Shown here: one piece after another, positions 11,790 to 25,865 of the stretch
How the letters are laid out: each line of letters begins with the position of its first letter
How positions within the stretch are numbered: position 1 is the stretch's first letter
Origin: Isurus oxyrinchus
Lineage: Eukaryota
Reading direction: 5' to 3'
DNA length: 64,000 bases
Assembly (NCBI GenBank): GCA_026770705.1
Contig: JANJGN010000002.1
Coordinates: forward strand, 22,754,001 to 22,818,000
Notes under the pieces: model-generated
Seen by the model: the letters and a program-made list of their open reading frames with translations, nothing else
Told to the model about the DNA's origin: nothing
Database searches by the model: none
Translations under genes and position numbers: made by a program

Positions 11790-12516
11790 ATTGCAAAAGA
11801 TGGTTTCAAAACATGCAAAATTCTACTGTCTGTCTTACGTTTTAGTACACTTCATTAAAGTTGCTAAATAAGTATGGGGCCTACTATCCAAGCATTGATG
11901 TTAAAAATTTAGAGTTGTGAAGTGAAAGCGGCATTATTTGTGTAATAATGAGTTTAGAAGCAAGAACTGAGAAGAGCAGTGCTTGGGAATAGTGAGTTTA
12001 GAAATAGGAGGTGAAAGGGGCAGTGTTTGTGTAACAGTGTTTTAGCAAGCCATCACTCCAGTGGTTCATGGAGAAGATCAACTCCTAACTTTCTGAATGC
12101 AACTAGAGATGTCATAGAGACCATAAAAAGATTTTCATAACCAAGAAGCCTAATGACTGAAACAGCTGGGTGGTGCTCTGAAGGCCACTTCAAAATGGCA
12201 ATAGCTGGAGTGTATGTTTCCTGAGCAGCAGGTCCAATGACTGTATTTTGAGTCACCACACCATTCATGTAATTTTGGCTAGTTAAAATCGGCCTTACTA
12301 ATACTTTAATACTAATAGAGTAAACTATCAGTTATAGATCGTAGAGATGACTTGCATTTAGACACCATTGCTTATACATGTTTTTGAATTTCAGCTGCAC
12401 AGATAATGTAGTAATTAGATGAAGAATATCTGCTAAATCCTTCTTATTGCAAAATGAGAAGGTACATAAAATAAGTCAAATAAACAACTCCAAAATAATA
12501 AATAATCCTCCAGTCA

Positions 12517-12660
<144 letters not shown>

Positions 12661-12850
12661 TTAGATGCAACCTATCAAAGTCAATTTAAGGATATGGTAG
12701 TTGAGACTCCCACTGGCTTAACTGGTCAAAGCAGTGAGTAGCTGAACCATACAAACTAGGCAGACTCTGACTGTGCAAAGTTTTCAGATATTAGCTGGGG
12801 TAGTAGCAAGCAGGTTGAACAACCATAGTAAACATTCCTCTATATAAAAC

Positions 12851-12878
12851 ATATATATATATATATGTATATATATAC
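12851..12878. repeat. (TA)n microsatellite
   Basis: Seen directly. Confidence 0.85.
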
Positions 12879-13055
12879 ACGAATATATGAAGACTAATTC
12901 TGCAGTAGGTGCAAATAGTATGAGATCAAGAATGGAGCATATCAGACTGATCTCACTAAAAGTACGTGGGAAGAAATAAGAAATGTAGTGGACATAAAGC
13001 CAGATAATTAAGATACCGTAGGGAAGTAACTGATATGAATAGTGTAAGAAAGAAA

Positions 13056-13260
13056 TATATCACCGTTCCTTCACTGTCGCTGGATCAAAATCCTGGAACT
13101 CCCCCACAAACAGCACTGTGGGTGTATCTACATCACTGGACTGCAGCGGTTCAAGGAGGCAGCTCACCACCATCTTCACCAGGGCAATTAGGAATGGGCA
13201 ATAAGTGCTGGCCTAGCCAGCAATGCCCATGTTTATTCATTACTTATGAATGAATTAAAA
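13056..13260 (+). mobile_element. CR1 LINE 3' end fragment
   Basis: Reverse complement of the CR1 3' end at 59255-59460. Confidence 0.8.
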
Positions 13261-14409
13261 AAAGACATTTATCTACATTAAACAGCAAGTCCAACTGTAA
13301 TTGTCCTCCCTGATTTGGAAGATTGTGAATGCACATTTGTTAACTAATTTGTCAGCCCCTTGTAGTTTATCCCCTACAAAGTCGTGTATGAAAGGGGCAG
13401 ATGGAATGAATTGATGCATTTTCTCTGTTAGGTCTACAAGTTAAAAACAGCTTTATTTCTCGAATTAAAATACTACTAATTCCTCATTCATCGCTCCACA
13501 ATCCAGCACTATTTTAAAATAAATTCCTTAAAATATACATATATAAATATTTGGAGGGTAGCAAGTCCTTACGATTTGCTGATGAAGAAAGAATAAAACT
13601 AAAGGCCACAAATTATGAATTTGCCCAGTTCAAATCTATTATCAAATGTAGTAATAAACTAAATGCTCAAAAAAGAATGCTACCAGGCTGTAGAAATCAA
13701 CTCAAATCTTTGATGGATTGAAGTTAAGACAGGTTGAATAATTGTAAATGAGTAGAAACGTTACATAAGCAACAGCTTATTAGTAACAGGTTATTTGGAA
13801 ATACAAAGTCAGAATCTGTAAAGAACTTTGATGTCAGCCTCTGAGGCATAAGCCATCATCAGAAAAGGCTGCTGAATAAAAATGGTTTGAGATTTCCACC
13901 ATTTCCATTCTTTTTCTTTTATTATATCACTTAATATGAAGACTTTCACCAGCAGCTCTAGTCATACAGGGTGTCAGTAGGTTTTGTCGTTCTGTGCTTC
14001 TCTCTGAAAACTATTACTTTGTCAAAATCACAAAAGAACGTATGACTATCATTTGCATTGAAGAACAAAATATGGACCCAAATGACTAAAAAGTAACCCA
14101 GATTACTGTGTTTTATTAAGAACTGTTAAAATCTACATACAGGTTTGTATCAGAGAGACTTAGAGTAATACATCTTACAAAAGGTTTGTATGAAAATTGA
14201 ACGTTTTTTTACCAATTATCTTAACTGATAAGGAGACTATTGTCCTCTATCTGATCTTTTCTTCCCATCACCCACACGGAGGTTAGTGATACTCACACAA
14301 AGTAAATGATATATTTTATTAATACAAAGTTGTTCAGATTGGATTGAAGATTGCTTGTAATGAACTTGAAAGAAGAAATGATAAAACTCTATTCTAGCCA
14401 GTTACTTAC

Positions 14410-14530
14410 TTTGAAGTTGTTGCTCCACCAATCAGTAAAGGCTTTTTCATACCCAGTCGTTCCATTTCCTTGGCAACATATATCATTTCATCCAAAGATG
14501 GTGTGATGAGACCAGACAGTCCAATAATAT
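14410..14530 (-). CDS. MTR: MTR exon 24 (121 nt; [40 protein letters not shown])
   Basis: cag/gtaag boundaries, SGLITPS and GGATTS motifs. Confidence 0.96.
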
Positions 14531-15184
14531 CTGTCATAAAATGTAAAAGAAAATATTCAGCTGTACACATTTATAATTCTGTTTTTTCAACTAAATCAAC
14601 ACTTGGTCAGATGTGATCCCGATTGGTAGGGATTTGAATTGACAATCTCAGGCATGGAATTGTGCAAAACCATCACGGGGAGACCAGAAAGAGAGAGAAA
14701 ATTAGAGAAATGTATTTCTGAAACCACTTTTGTGCATTTCCTAGCAGTTGGCTGTGAGGGCACTGCCAGAGCTAAGGCCTGAGGCAAATTAGCTACACAC
14801 CATTGTGACCTTGAGGGACGCAGTGAGAGAAGGCAGGAGAGAAAATAGCCTGCTTCCAAATGCATTAGAATTCCAATCTTGAGAGAGCCATAGAGGTGGT
14901 GAGGAGTTTATATAAAAGGGATGAAGACTAAATAATCTAAATTTATATGAAAAAATGCTAATTGGTTCTTGAACACCTCCCAGTAAGTTAGTTGTGGAAG
15001 GTCCTTGGCAAAAGTTCAGGATCAGCTTCAGGCTCGCATCTTACCCACTGCAACAATGTGCACATAGAGAAAAATAAAACAGAAACAAACACAGCATAAA
15101 GAATTTTTAAAAATCTGTGTCTGTAAATGAATGAGGTTAGCTGCCAAGCCCACTTAATGGAGTCAGGGATATTGTCATTTTTAC

Positions 15185-15252
15185 CTGCTTTATTCTCGAT
15201 AGCTGCTCGTAGTATCTTATCACATGGAGTCATAACTCCTAGATCAATCACT
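15185..15252 (-). CDS. MTR: MTR exon 23 (68 nt; VIDLGVMTPCDKILRAAIENKA)
   Basis: cag/gtaa boundaries; inside ORF 14988..15386. Confidence 0.96.
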
Positions 15253-16351
15253 CTGAAATGAAAATTAAAAAGCATTTTTAAAAATGGATTTATAAGGAAT
15301 TCATTGAGTTGCAGAATCAAAGCAGAGCTTTGAGAATGAGAAAGTTTACTTTTATTAGTCTGGTTAATCCTAACAAGGCACACCATTATGAAGTGCCTGA
15401 CACTCTATTTAAAGGTCACATCATCTTCTATGGACAATACAATCCACACAGTGTTCACTGAATTTCTAGCATTAATCCCCAATATCAGGTTCAAAGTTAA
15501 AGATAGAATAACCATCTGTAGAAGATTTGGTGTTCAGTTACAAAATTGCAATCAACTGCGTAAGATCACATTGTAATAGGAGCAAAACCCTCATCCTGCT
15601 TCAAACTAACAACATTACAACAGAAGGTTTCAAAAGCTGGTATCCTCTACAAATTTTGCCATTAAGTAGATTCATTGGAATATACTTAAAAGATTGTTTG
15701 GAACTTTTGGAAACTGATTCAATCATTATTGTTTTCTAAATACTTGTACTATCAATATTTTATTATTTATGTTGCTATGGGATTATAAATCCTGTAAATA
15801 AATTTGAACAGTAGCTTTAGTTTAAGTTATTGGTCTGATAGTGCAGCTTTGAAAGAATAGGACTGGATATTGAGCATCCTAATTAACTTCCAGTGCAAAA
15901 TACCTAACAGGGCAATAATTAATCCAGTAGCACTCTGCTCCTATTTATAATGCACAAAGGTACATTTGGTTAGACAACTACCTTCTGCCCTCCCACCAAA
16001 TACTTTTAACTTTCAAACAGATGCAAAATGTGAATAAAATTCTGCTCCAATTGATGTAGATTTCTTTAGGAAGTAAACAGACAATATTTTTGGTGTCATA
16101 ACTAGAGTCAACTGCTGTAAAGTCAATGTTGTGATAGTGTGACAATTATGGTTAGACCAAGGGGTTCTCGACACATCCTTTGTAAGTTTGACAAAAAACT
16201 GCAGCGTGTGTTTGCCGAAATAGCAATGTCAGATTATTTTTTAAAAAAACACATAAAACAATCTCTTATTTGAAAAGAATTATGACCTTGGAAGAACCAA
16301 AACACAGAATTAACAAGTGTAAGGAGACAAGATGTGATGTAGTAGGTTTAC

Positions 16352-16452
16352 CTGAAGTTGTTGCAAGCCAATACCACACCAACAATATTCTTGCCAATGT
16401 CATGAACATCTCCCTTGACAGTGGCTAACACAATTGTACCTTGGTACGGGCT
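16352..16452 (-). CDS. MTR: MTR exon 22 (101 nt; [33 protein letters not shown])
   Basis: cag/gtaa boundaries, cobalamin-binding DxHxxG motif. Confidence 0.97.
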
Positions 16453-16554
16453 CTGAAAAATAATACAACTTGCTAATTGCCTGCATTCAATCAGAGGACT
16501 GTATTCATAAGATTGCTCAATTTGGTTTACAGAGCTCTGTTATTACATTGACCT

Positions 16555-16820
16555 TATGACATAGAAATAGGACATTCAGCCCAACTGGTCTGTTTCAGCG
16601 TTTATGCTCCACTCAAGCCTTCCACCACCTTACTTCATCTCATCTTATCAGCAAAACCTTCTATCCCTTTCTCCTTTGTGTTTATCTAGCTTCCCTTTAA
16701 GTGCATCAATGTTAGCTGCTCAGCTACTCCATGTGGTAGCAAGTTCCATATTCTAACCACTCTCTGGGTAAATAAGTTTCTCCTGATCTCTTTATTAGAT
16801 TTAGTTGTGATTATCTTATA
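16555..16820 (-). mobile_element. HER1-like CR1 LINE 3' end fragment
   Basis: ORF remnant RRNLFTQRVVRIWNLLP is typical of the CR1 ORF2 C-terminus. Confidence 0.75.
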
Positions 16821-17758
16821 CTCAATAGAGCTTTTGGCTCTATTTTTGTCCATTCTTTCTAGCTCTTCTAACATTTTTCTCATTCTAGGTTTTATTTTCT
16901 GATTCTTTCACTGATCTAATCTTCCCTCAGGAATAGTAATTAGTCTCTAATTTATATCTGAAATGTATGAACATAGGAACAGAAGTAGGTCATTCAAACC
17001 CTGGAGCCTACAGTCTGAAGTTAAAGAAAGGCAAGAGCCAAATGATTTAATAATTCAAACTGTATCCACTAAGTCTAAGGCCTCACAAAAAAGGCTATGT
17101 TATCTATAAACAGCATTAGACTTGGCCATTTTACAGACTTATAAATCTAAACAAATCACAAAAGAAACATAGCAAGCTAGATTTGTATGTGTAACTCCCC
17201 AAACATGGAAAATTGAACTGTTTTTATATAACAGCTTTTCAATTCTCTAAAATATCAAAGTGCTTCACATACAATTAATTATTCTGTAATTCAGTTACAA
17301 GTGTTACATGGGTACTGATTAAAAGGAAGGAAAGGAGTGGTTAGAAACTGGAATGCACTACCTAACAGGATGGTAGAAACAAATTAAACAGCAATTTTCA
17401 AAAGAGAATTGGATAAATACTTGGCGAAAACTGGAGGAATATGAGGAAAGAGCTAGAGTGGGACTAAGTGGATTGTTCTTCAAAAGAGACAGCACAAACT
17501 TAATGGGCCAAATAGCCTCCTCCTGTGCTGCACCATTCTGATTCTATGAATCCACAGAATGAGATGATATGCTGTCTTCTCTCACCCCCACATCATCATT
17601 ACCAGGATTTGTGAACATGTTACCAGCCTTCTGTGTTGACCAGAGAATGGTGGCTGAACTCATTGACATTTTAAAGTTAGACATGAGAAAAGGTATAAAC
17701 AGAAAATCCTAGAAATACTTAAGAGGCCAGGCAGCATCTATGGAGAAACAGAGTAAAT

Positions 17759-18474
17759 GGGCTGGATTTTATGACTGAAAATCTCGTGGCCACCACCACA
17801 AACATCCCAGCCACAACCCCAAAAATGTGAAATAGGGCATGATGTTGGATTGGCAATAGGACAACATCATGCCTGTCTCAGAAATTATGGAAGGCGAACA
17901 GGTGCTGAAATTGGAAGGCTGCTCACCACCACAACCACACCCCCCCCGCCATTTTGAAATGGCCAATTAACAAGCTATTGAGCTTGTTAAATAGCTACTT
18001 GTAGGCAATTTTTCAGGCATTGGATGGGAAAAAGCTTGGCAGCACTTTACAAGGGCAGCTAGGGATGGGCGATAAATGCTGGCCTTGCTAGCATAGCCCA
18101 CATCACATGAGTGAATAAAAAGGCAAAGAAAAGCAGGAGATTCTGCTGGTGGCAGTGTTGGTATGATTACTGACTTCATTTATTGACATTTCTGAGCCTT
18201 CCAAAAGAAATAAAGACAGATTCAGAGAGCAGGGGGTCTATAAATTTATAGCCATGACCAACTTCCTGCTCATGTCTTAACCCCTTTGCCACTTAATGTC
18301 CTAGAATCCCGTTGGGTGCGAGGTCCCCCACTTCACACTGCTTTCATGCTGGGCAGCCCCTAATTGGCTGTCCATGCTTGATTCACCAAGTTGACATAGT
18401 GGGGCAGGGGCAAGCAGACCACTCACTCTCCATTCTGCTTCCCTCATCCCGCTGACAACTGTTTAATCCAGCCC
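17759..18474. mobile_element. Harbinger-type MITE inserted into a Penelope-like terminal remnant
   Basis: TIRs gggctggatt / aatccagccc; flanks aat / agt; Penelope-end sequence on both sides (17697-17758 and 18475-18500). Confidence 0.6.
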
Positions 18475-18677
18475 AGTGATTCAGATTGGTGGTCATACTT
18501 CCAGCAGCTTGTTTTTATTTCATATTTCCAGCATCTGCAGCATTTTGCTTTAAAAATACATTGCATTAAAAAAAATCAGTATAACTCAAATTTAGATGGA
18601 AGATATTTAAAAACAGGTTTTTTTTTAAAAGGAAACCATAAAAGCCCCTAATCCCAGTTATAGATGAGATAACTTAC

Positions 18678-18785
18678 TTTTTCTTCTGAATTGCCTGACT
18701 GTGCCAACATTTCCTCTCTTTCCTTTTCCATGAAGGGGATAAGGTAACCTACAGCTTTCTTCATTACGCGAGCAGATTTAACAAC
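18678..18785 (-). CDS. MTR: MTR exon 21 (108 nt; [25 protein letters not shown]...)
   Basis: cag/gtaag boundaries, homology. Confidence 0.95.
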
Positions 18786-19364
18786 CTGATGACATAAAAT
18801 AGATTCTATTTACAAAACTTGGGAAAAAAATGTGCAAAATGCCTCAAGCTGGGTATCTCAAAATGTTCATATCTTTCTAGTTGAAATCTGCCCATATTAT
18901 ACCACAGGCTTGCTTTACAATCAATTTCAGCTGGGCTTTGATTTCTGGAATCTCTTGTTCATGAATTCTGCCTTGGCCTTTTTAAAAATGAGGGACAAAA
19001 CAAAGGAAGGATCTAGTTAGGAAAATGTTCACAATCACAAAGAAATATTGCATCTAAATAAACTAAGAATTAACTGTTCAAAATTCATCTCCATAGGAGA
19101 TGCAAGAGCATAGTTTTGTTTTTACTAATTTTTCACACTCCCCTCTAAGACAGGGTCTTTCTATTGGGGTATGGTTCCATAGGCACTGACATCCTTTGGT
19201 ACCTTGGTGTAATCGTTGTCCTTCATGTATGAGTTATTATAAATAATCTTCATCTTGTCCTCTATACACTCACACTTCCAAGTAGGGCTCACTGAATAAT
19301 GAAGAGGTTGAAACCCCTGGTTGATTGTTTCCTTCCCCCTTACACAGAGACATGGAGGTGAAGT

Positions 19365-19545
19365 GTTAATGATGAGGCAGAGTGGCAGCAGATGAGGACA
19401 GAAAAAGAAGCAATCCTACACTCAGGACCCCACCACCTCTTGGGACGCCCTGTCTCTTGTGCCTAAAGATCTGCGGGTTGAGAATTGGCCTGTTCAGTCA
19501 TATGAAGACCCATGGCAGAAACTTGTGACCTCTACCTGCATCCCA
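19365..19545 (+). mobile_element. RTE LINE 3' end fragment
   Basis: Reverse complement of 21305-21485. Confidence 0.8.
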
Positions 19546-19645
19546 AGATTGAACATTAAAATAGAAGTTAAATCATATGGCATTGCAGGTATATGCAAGT
19601 ACATCTTGGTTCTTTACATACTGAAGTAACTTATTCCAGTCTGAC

Positions 19646-19798
19646 CTGTGGAAGAAACATTTTTCCTGTTCCAAATAATTCCCCCACAACTTTCATTCCA
19701 TTCATCAGGGGTCCTTCGATTATATGTAGAGGCCTGGGGTACTTCTCCTGATTGCCTCTTGCTTCTGCTGTATCTTCCACCACATATTTTTCTACGCC
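19646..19798 (-). CDS. MTR: MTR exon 20 (153 nt; [10 protein letters not shown]...[26 protein letters not shown])
   Basis: cag/gtcag boundaries, cap-domain motif. Confidence 0.96.
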
Positions 19799-20004
19799 CT
19801 GAAGAACAGTGATAAGATTTGAACTCATGCAGTAAAGACTAATAGAAAAGGCACAATATGAGGGAAGGAGAGGGTGGGGGGGGGGAAGACAAAAAGTAAA
19901 AAAAAACTTCAGTTTACATAGCACCTTTTATTGGCACCAAAAATCCCAAAGCTTTTCCAATTGAGGCCAGCAAGCCACAATCCCAAACACACTCAAGCAT
20001 TTAC

Positions 20005-20094
20005 CTTAATTAGGGCATATACAAGACGTTCCTCAACAGGGGCATTCCTCCATTCATCAGTTTGTATCACTTTCTTCCCACTCTTGGCATGATT
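20005..20094 (-). CDS. MTR: MTR exon 19 (90 nt; [30 protein letters not shown])
   Basis: cag/gtaa boundaries, homology. Confidence 0.95.
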
Positions 20095-21289
20095 CTGAAA
20101 ACAAGAGCCACAGTACAAATTATAAGACACAGTATATCATCATCTACAAATGATCTTTCAGGATACATTCAAGATTGCAATTTATGTTTTACTGAGTAAA
20201 ACTAAATGTACCAAATGCAGGAACTAGGACATAACTCTCTAATTCAGAAAGGCTAGAAATGTCCTAGATTAAATTACTCAAGAGGCAATGCAGTAAAACA
20301 CAGCATAGATCAACACTAAAATATAAATTTGTCACAGAATTGGAAGTTAAGAATGAGCGTTGTAGCTATTAAGTCCCATCTAAATAGATTTTTGTTCTCC
20401 AAATCTAATAATTGATTTTGACTTGCCAATGGTCTTAGGAAGCTATTTAATCTTTTTTTAAATTCCTTCACGGGATGTGGGCATCGCCAGCAAGGCCAAC
20501 ATTTATTGTTCATCCCCAATTGCTCTGCAATCACGTTAATGTTTGCACTGTAGAGTGCAAATGGAGTTTACTGAATATTTTGGTAGTGTGAGGGTCATAA
20601 ACAGAATTTAAAAAGTCTCTGGCTTTCACAAGATCACATTTTCAAAAAAATTAAAATATACAATGGTTTCATTCAGAAAACAAACTTCCAAAGAAACTGA
20701 ATTAGTTTCAAAACTACCTAAGCTCAACCTAAAATATGCAAATCTTTATAAATGTATCTGTTATTGTTATGCTCATTATCATTAGAACCATTTCAATTAT
20801 GACCCTATTTTAGTAAGGATCCCTTTGGGATTAAGTTAATCCGAGATGACATATCTGCCAATGGAAAATTGGAATCAAATCAATTTTCTGTGATAAGCTC
20901 CATAGTTTGATGCCTGAACCACACTGTTCTGCAATACTTCAGAATGTTGTTGACTGAACAGCCAGCCTGTTTCTTAGAGAGAGACATGAATTAAATTAGG
21001 CTGGAATTTATATTTTCCCACTTTACTCCAGGTAACTCAATTCCCCTATCACACCTGCCCTACACTGCCTCCTGGTTCCCCCAATATTTCAGCTTTCACA
21101 TTCTCACCCTTGTATTCAAATTCCTTCATTCCCTACAAATCTCCAAGAACTCTTGAGTTCCTCCAATTCTGGTCTTTTGCACATCCCTCACTCCCTGTGC
21201 CCTATCATTGATAGTCATGCCTTTAGCTGCCAAAGCCCTAAACTCAAATTCTCCTCCCTAAACATTTCCAGTTCTCCCTTCACTTTTTG

Positions 21290-24200
21290 TCACTCGATTC
21301 GAGGATGATGCATACTAAGGTCACGAGTTCCTGCCATGAGTCTTCATATGATTGAACAGGCCGATTCTTAACCCGCAGATCTTTGGGCACAGGAGACAGG
21401 GCATCCCAAGAGGTAGTGAGGTCCAGAGTGCAGGGCTGGTTCTTTTTCTTTCCTCCTCTGCCATCACTCTGCCTCATCATTAAGACATTGTGACTCAAAG
21501 CATCATGTAGCTTGACGGAAATGTTGTCACCATTTTGAACGGTTGGGAGAAAGCTTCTCCCAGTCATTAGTATCAATGCTGCTGCACTTCAAGGAGAGCT
21601 TCAGAGTGTCTTTGAAGCATTTTCTTTGTCCTCCCCTGGAATGCTGGCCATTTGAAAGTTAATAAAACAGGACCTTGGTAGGGAAGGCAGGGGGATGCTT
21701 TTTGGCCACCTGGACACAGCACTCAGTCTATTGTAGTTGATTTTTGCAGAAGTTTTGCATCAATGTTTGTGGAACTGGTTTCAAGAAGGACACTTGTTTG
21801 ATGGTCCTCCCACTGAATCAGGAGGATGCGGTAGAGGCACTGCTGATGGAATATTTCTAGCACTTTTGTGTTGCTGCATCCAGGGCTCATTGCAGTACAG
21901 GGGTGTGGTGACGACAGCTACTCTGTACACCCGAACTTTTGCTGACTTGTAAAGGTCTTTGTTGTCAAACACTTGCTGCCGCAATTTGTAGAAGACTGAG
22001 CTGGCACAGCTGATCCAGTGTAGGATCTCCTCATCAATGATGGCCTTTTGAGAGGCAGCTGCCAAGGTATGAGAAGTGCTTAACAGATTACTGAGTCTCT
22101 CCTTTAACATTTACAGGAGGTGGAATACTTGGTTGACCAGGTATGAGTTAACATGAGTTTTGTTTTGGCAACATTCAAGGATAGACTCGGTGTCTTGTTG
22201 CAGTCATATCATCAGGAAGCAACTGCAGGATTGTGATGAAGTTCATTTTTCATGGTGGGGACTGTGCACCTAATGTCTAGAATTAAGTAGTGGCAACTTT
22301 TCAAAGGATACTCAAACGTCACTTTGGTGACACCCTTCACTATTCCAGGTTTTGCATGCTTAAGTTTGTGCCATTCCCATCCTTGCTGACTGTGATAACA
22401 GGAGTGTGCCAGTTGCCTTACATCAGTTCTGAGAAATTAAGGTGTTTCTCAAATGACTACACTTCACTGTGTAACCCATCAGAATCTTCCTTCTATTTCA
22501 GAAAATTCCTTAAAACAACAATATCATGAATTCACAGTTTGCAGTGCCTACAGCAAGCATGCTGTATGCCATAACAGGGGTCAGTTAGCTCATTTGGCTG
22601 GACGGCTGGTTTGTGTTGCAGAGTGTTGCAGTGTGGGTTCAATTCCTGCCCTGCCTTCTCAACCTTGCCCCTCACCTAAGGTGTGGTGCTCCTCAGGTTA
22701 ATGAGATCCTCAGGTCTCCAATGAGAGAGCAGCCTCTGGGACTACGATGACTCTCATTCATTTTTTGTATGCAGTAAAACCAAAAAGAGTAATATTCAAT
22801 ATGCTTACTAAAAACATCCAAATCTTGGAGCACAATCCATAGAACCTCGCAATTTACTGAATCAAATGCTTTGGTCAGGTCAATGAATGCAACAAAGAGT
22901 TCTTGCTGTTGTTCTTGACATTTCTCTTGGATTTGTCTGGCAACAACCACCATGTCAAGGTTCCTGGAAGCTCTAAAGCCACACTGCATCTCTGGGAGGA
23001 TTTCCTCAACTGCAGAAAATAGACGATTCAGGAGAATGCATGTCAAGATTTTGCTGCTATAGATAAGAGGGAAATACCTTGATGGTTTCTACAGCATGAT
23101 TTATCATTCTTCTTGAAAATAGCTACAATTGTCACATTCCTGAAGTTGGGGTGGGGCGTTCTTTTTCCTTCCAAATCCTTAGCATGAGTGCATGGAGTCT
23201 TGGTGTTAGCAAATGCCCAACAGGTTTGAAGACCTCAGCTGGAATACCTTCGGGGCCACAGGCTGTTGTTGTTTTGATCTATTTGATTGCTTATTGCAGC
23301 TCTCCCATCCATGGTGGTTCACCCATGGATTCTACCTCAGGGCAGTGGGGGATAGCCTGGAGAGTATCAGCTGCCACTGTTGATTCACCGTTGAGGAGTT
23401 GTTAAAAATATTCTTTCCAACGTTGATAGATGGCATTGACATCCTTAAGAAGAGAAATGCCATCCTGTGAGCGAAGAGTATTTTGTCCATTTGAACTTGG
23501 TCTATAGATGGCCCCGTGGCTTCAAAAAGCTTTGCGTGCCATGATGGTCCGCATATTGTTGGATCTCTCAGGCTTTCTCTTCCCACGTCATGTCCTTTAT
23601 CTTACGGATTTGTCTTTCGGTGTCAGCCTTGAGCTGTTGGGATGCCATCTTTTTGACTTGCAACCTTGGGCTGCTCTTCCGGGCAATGAAGGCTGCTCAT
23701 TTTTGTTCCAGGAGGTCCCAAATTTCAACATCACTTTCACTGAACCAGTCCTGGTAATAACGATGCATGAACCCAATGGTCTGGGCAGAAGGGGTCTAGT
23801 CTAATACAGCTGACTTTATTTCATCCCACGGTTTCTGAAATTGAACTAGTTGTGTGAAGGTTTTCCAGATTGGTAGTGAGCTGGACTTCCTCTCTTCAGT
23901 CTCGCTGCTTTAGACATTGATCTTCTTCCCCTTGGGCTTTTAGGTCTTAAGATGTCTTGACGTTAGATGGATGTTCATCGCCAATCAAATAAATCCAGCA
24001 GGCATCAGTTCCCTGCATGGATCGAGTAATACAGATGTCACTTAGATCATTGACTCGAACAATGGCATTAATTCGGGTGGTGGCAATGACTCCATGTAGT
24101 TCTGTACTTGTCCTTCTGGGAGAAGAGAGTGTTTGTTAATAATGAAGCAATGCTGAACACACTTTGCCTGCAGGAATACACAGTTTGCACTGATTTTTCT

Positions 24201-25400
24201 CAACCAATTTTTCCCAGTGGGTTTCATTCCACTTATAATAGTTACAGTCAACCATGGCATTAGAGTCCCCCAGAAGGATGATCTTTTCTTCCTTTGGGAT
24301 GGTAGTGAGAACTTCATCAAGGTCAGAATAGAACTTTTCCTTATCATCTTTATTGGAGTCAAGGGCCGGGGCATAAACGCTGTTGGCAGTGGCATTTTGG
24401 TCACGGTTGAGCTGAGGTGAAGTGTCAAGAGCTTTTCATTGATACAACTGGGGAGTTCTGGCAGTGCATCCAAAATTCTATTCTGGATGGGAAAGCCAAC
24501 TCTATGGACATAAAGGTCACTGTCAGCCTTTCCTTTCCAGTAGTGGCGTATCTCCCTGCTTGCCCCTTTCCCAGAAAAGTGGGTCTCACTGAGGGCGACA
24601 GTATCAACTTGGAGTCTTGATAGCTCATGTCATATAAATGCAGTCTTTCTTTCCAGACAGTCACTCTTGAGGTTGAGAAACTTATCAGCCTTGATTGAAT
24701 GGCGGAGCAAACTCGATGGGCCGAATGGCCTAATTTCTGCTCCTATGTCTTATGGTCTTATGGTATCCATGAGTGTTCTAACATTCCAAGTTGCAAAATT
24801 TAAAGTTTTCTTTCTTTGACCATAAAGGCAGTGATCCTGCATGGTGTGATTCCCCAGCAAGAGAAAGTGGGACAGCCTATTTTTAGGGCACCTATTCTAG
24901 CCCCCTCCCCATTTGGGGTGAGAAGAGAACTGCTCAGTCACAGATACTAATGCCCAAAGACACCTCTGTCCCAACACAGGTGTCTAATGACCTTTATGCA
25001 TCTGTTGCCTTTGTGCAGATTCTTGACTAAGGGTTCCCAAGTTCATAGCCCTAACCCCATCACCAATTCACCATTGTCACAGGATTTGGCAAAAGGACTC
25101 TGTTAGAAGCTTGCACGTGACTTTGTTTAGCGTGGGGATCTTGGGGTGCCATCATTGCCCACAAGATCTTGATGGGTTGGTGGTCAATTTCGATAATGTG
25201 TTGAACCACAAGGACCAAGATCACCTTACCGCTGCAGCCTTCTGCTGCTTTTGCAGTCAGTGAGATGCATAGTCTTCCTTTGCCTGTTCTGTCGTTGAGG
25301 ACTTTTCGGACTGCACTTGTCTGGCACCTTCCCCCAACCTTGCCATTATTTCGGGCCCCACCAGGAGTAAGGAACTCCCAATGGCACCTCTCGAGTAACC
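21290..25400 (-). mobile_element. RTE-clade LINE, near full length, decayed and interrupted
   Basis: Endonuclease start LNFATWNVRT (~24770-24805); RT ILPEMQCGFR...QEKCQEQ...FIDLTKAFDSV; frameshifts and nested insertions. Confidence 0.88.
22575..22765 (+). mobile_element. tRNA-derived SINE nested in the RTE region
   Basis: ggtcagttagctca...gtgggttcaattcc A/B-box-like head. Confidence 0.55.
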
Positions 25401-25865
25401 AACAAAGCGCAGAAGGGTCTCTGCCATGTCAAGGTAGCTATCAACGGAGGACCTCCTCTTTTAAGATTCTCCTTAAAAACCATCTTTTTTACCAAGCATT
25501 GAATCGGTCCATGTATACTCCCATGGCTGTGTGTCAATCTTTTTTGTCTGATTAAGTTTCTGGGTGCTGCCTTTGTATTTTCTTTAATGTGAAAGATATT
25601 GGGTGGAATTGTCCCAGATTTGCACTAAATGCGGTGGCGGGTGGGTAAAATGATGTTCTACCCACCGGCTGCAGTGGTGGCTTTTCACGCTGTATCAATC
25701 CAAACCCGCGCATTAATTATACATTCCCGGGAAACACGCCATTTCCATGGCAGACGGGCTCTCATTCGCCTGCCACGCCATCACTTCAGCATGCCGGGCA
25801 GCATATTTAAAGTCCAGCCACATGCACACATCACGTTCCAGCCCACGACTGCTGCAAAGAAGACA

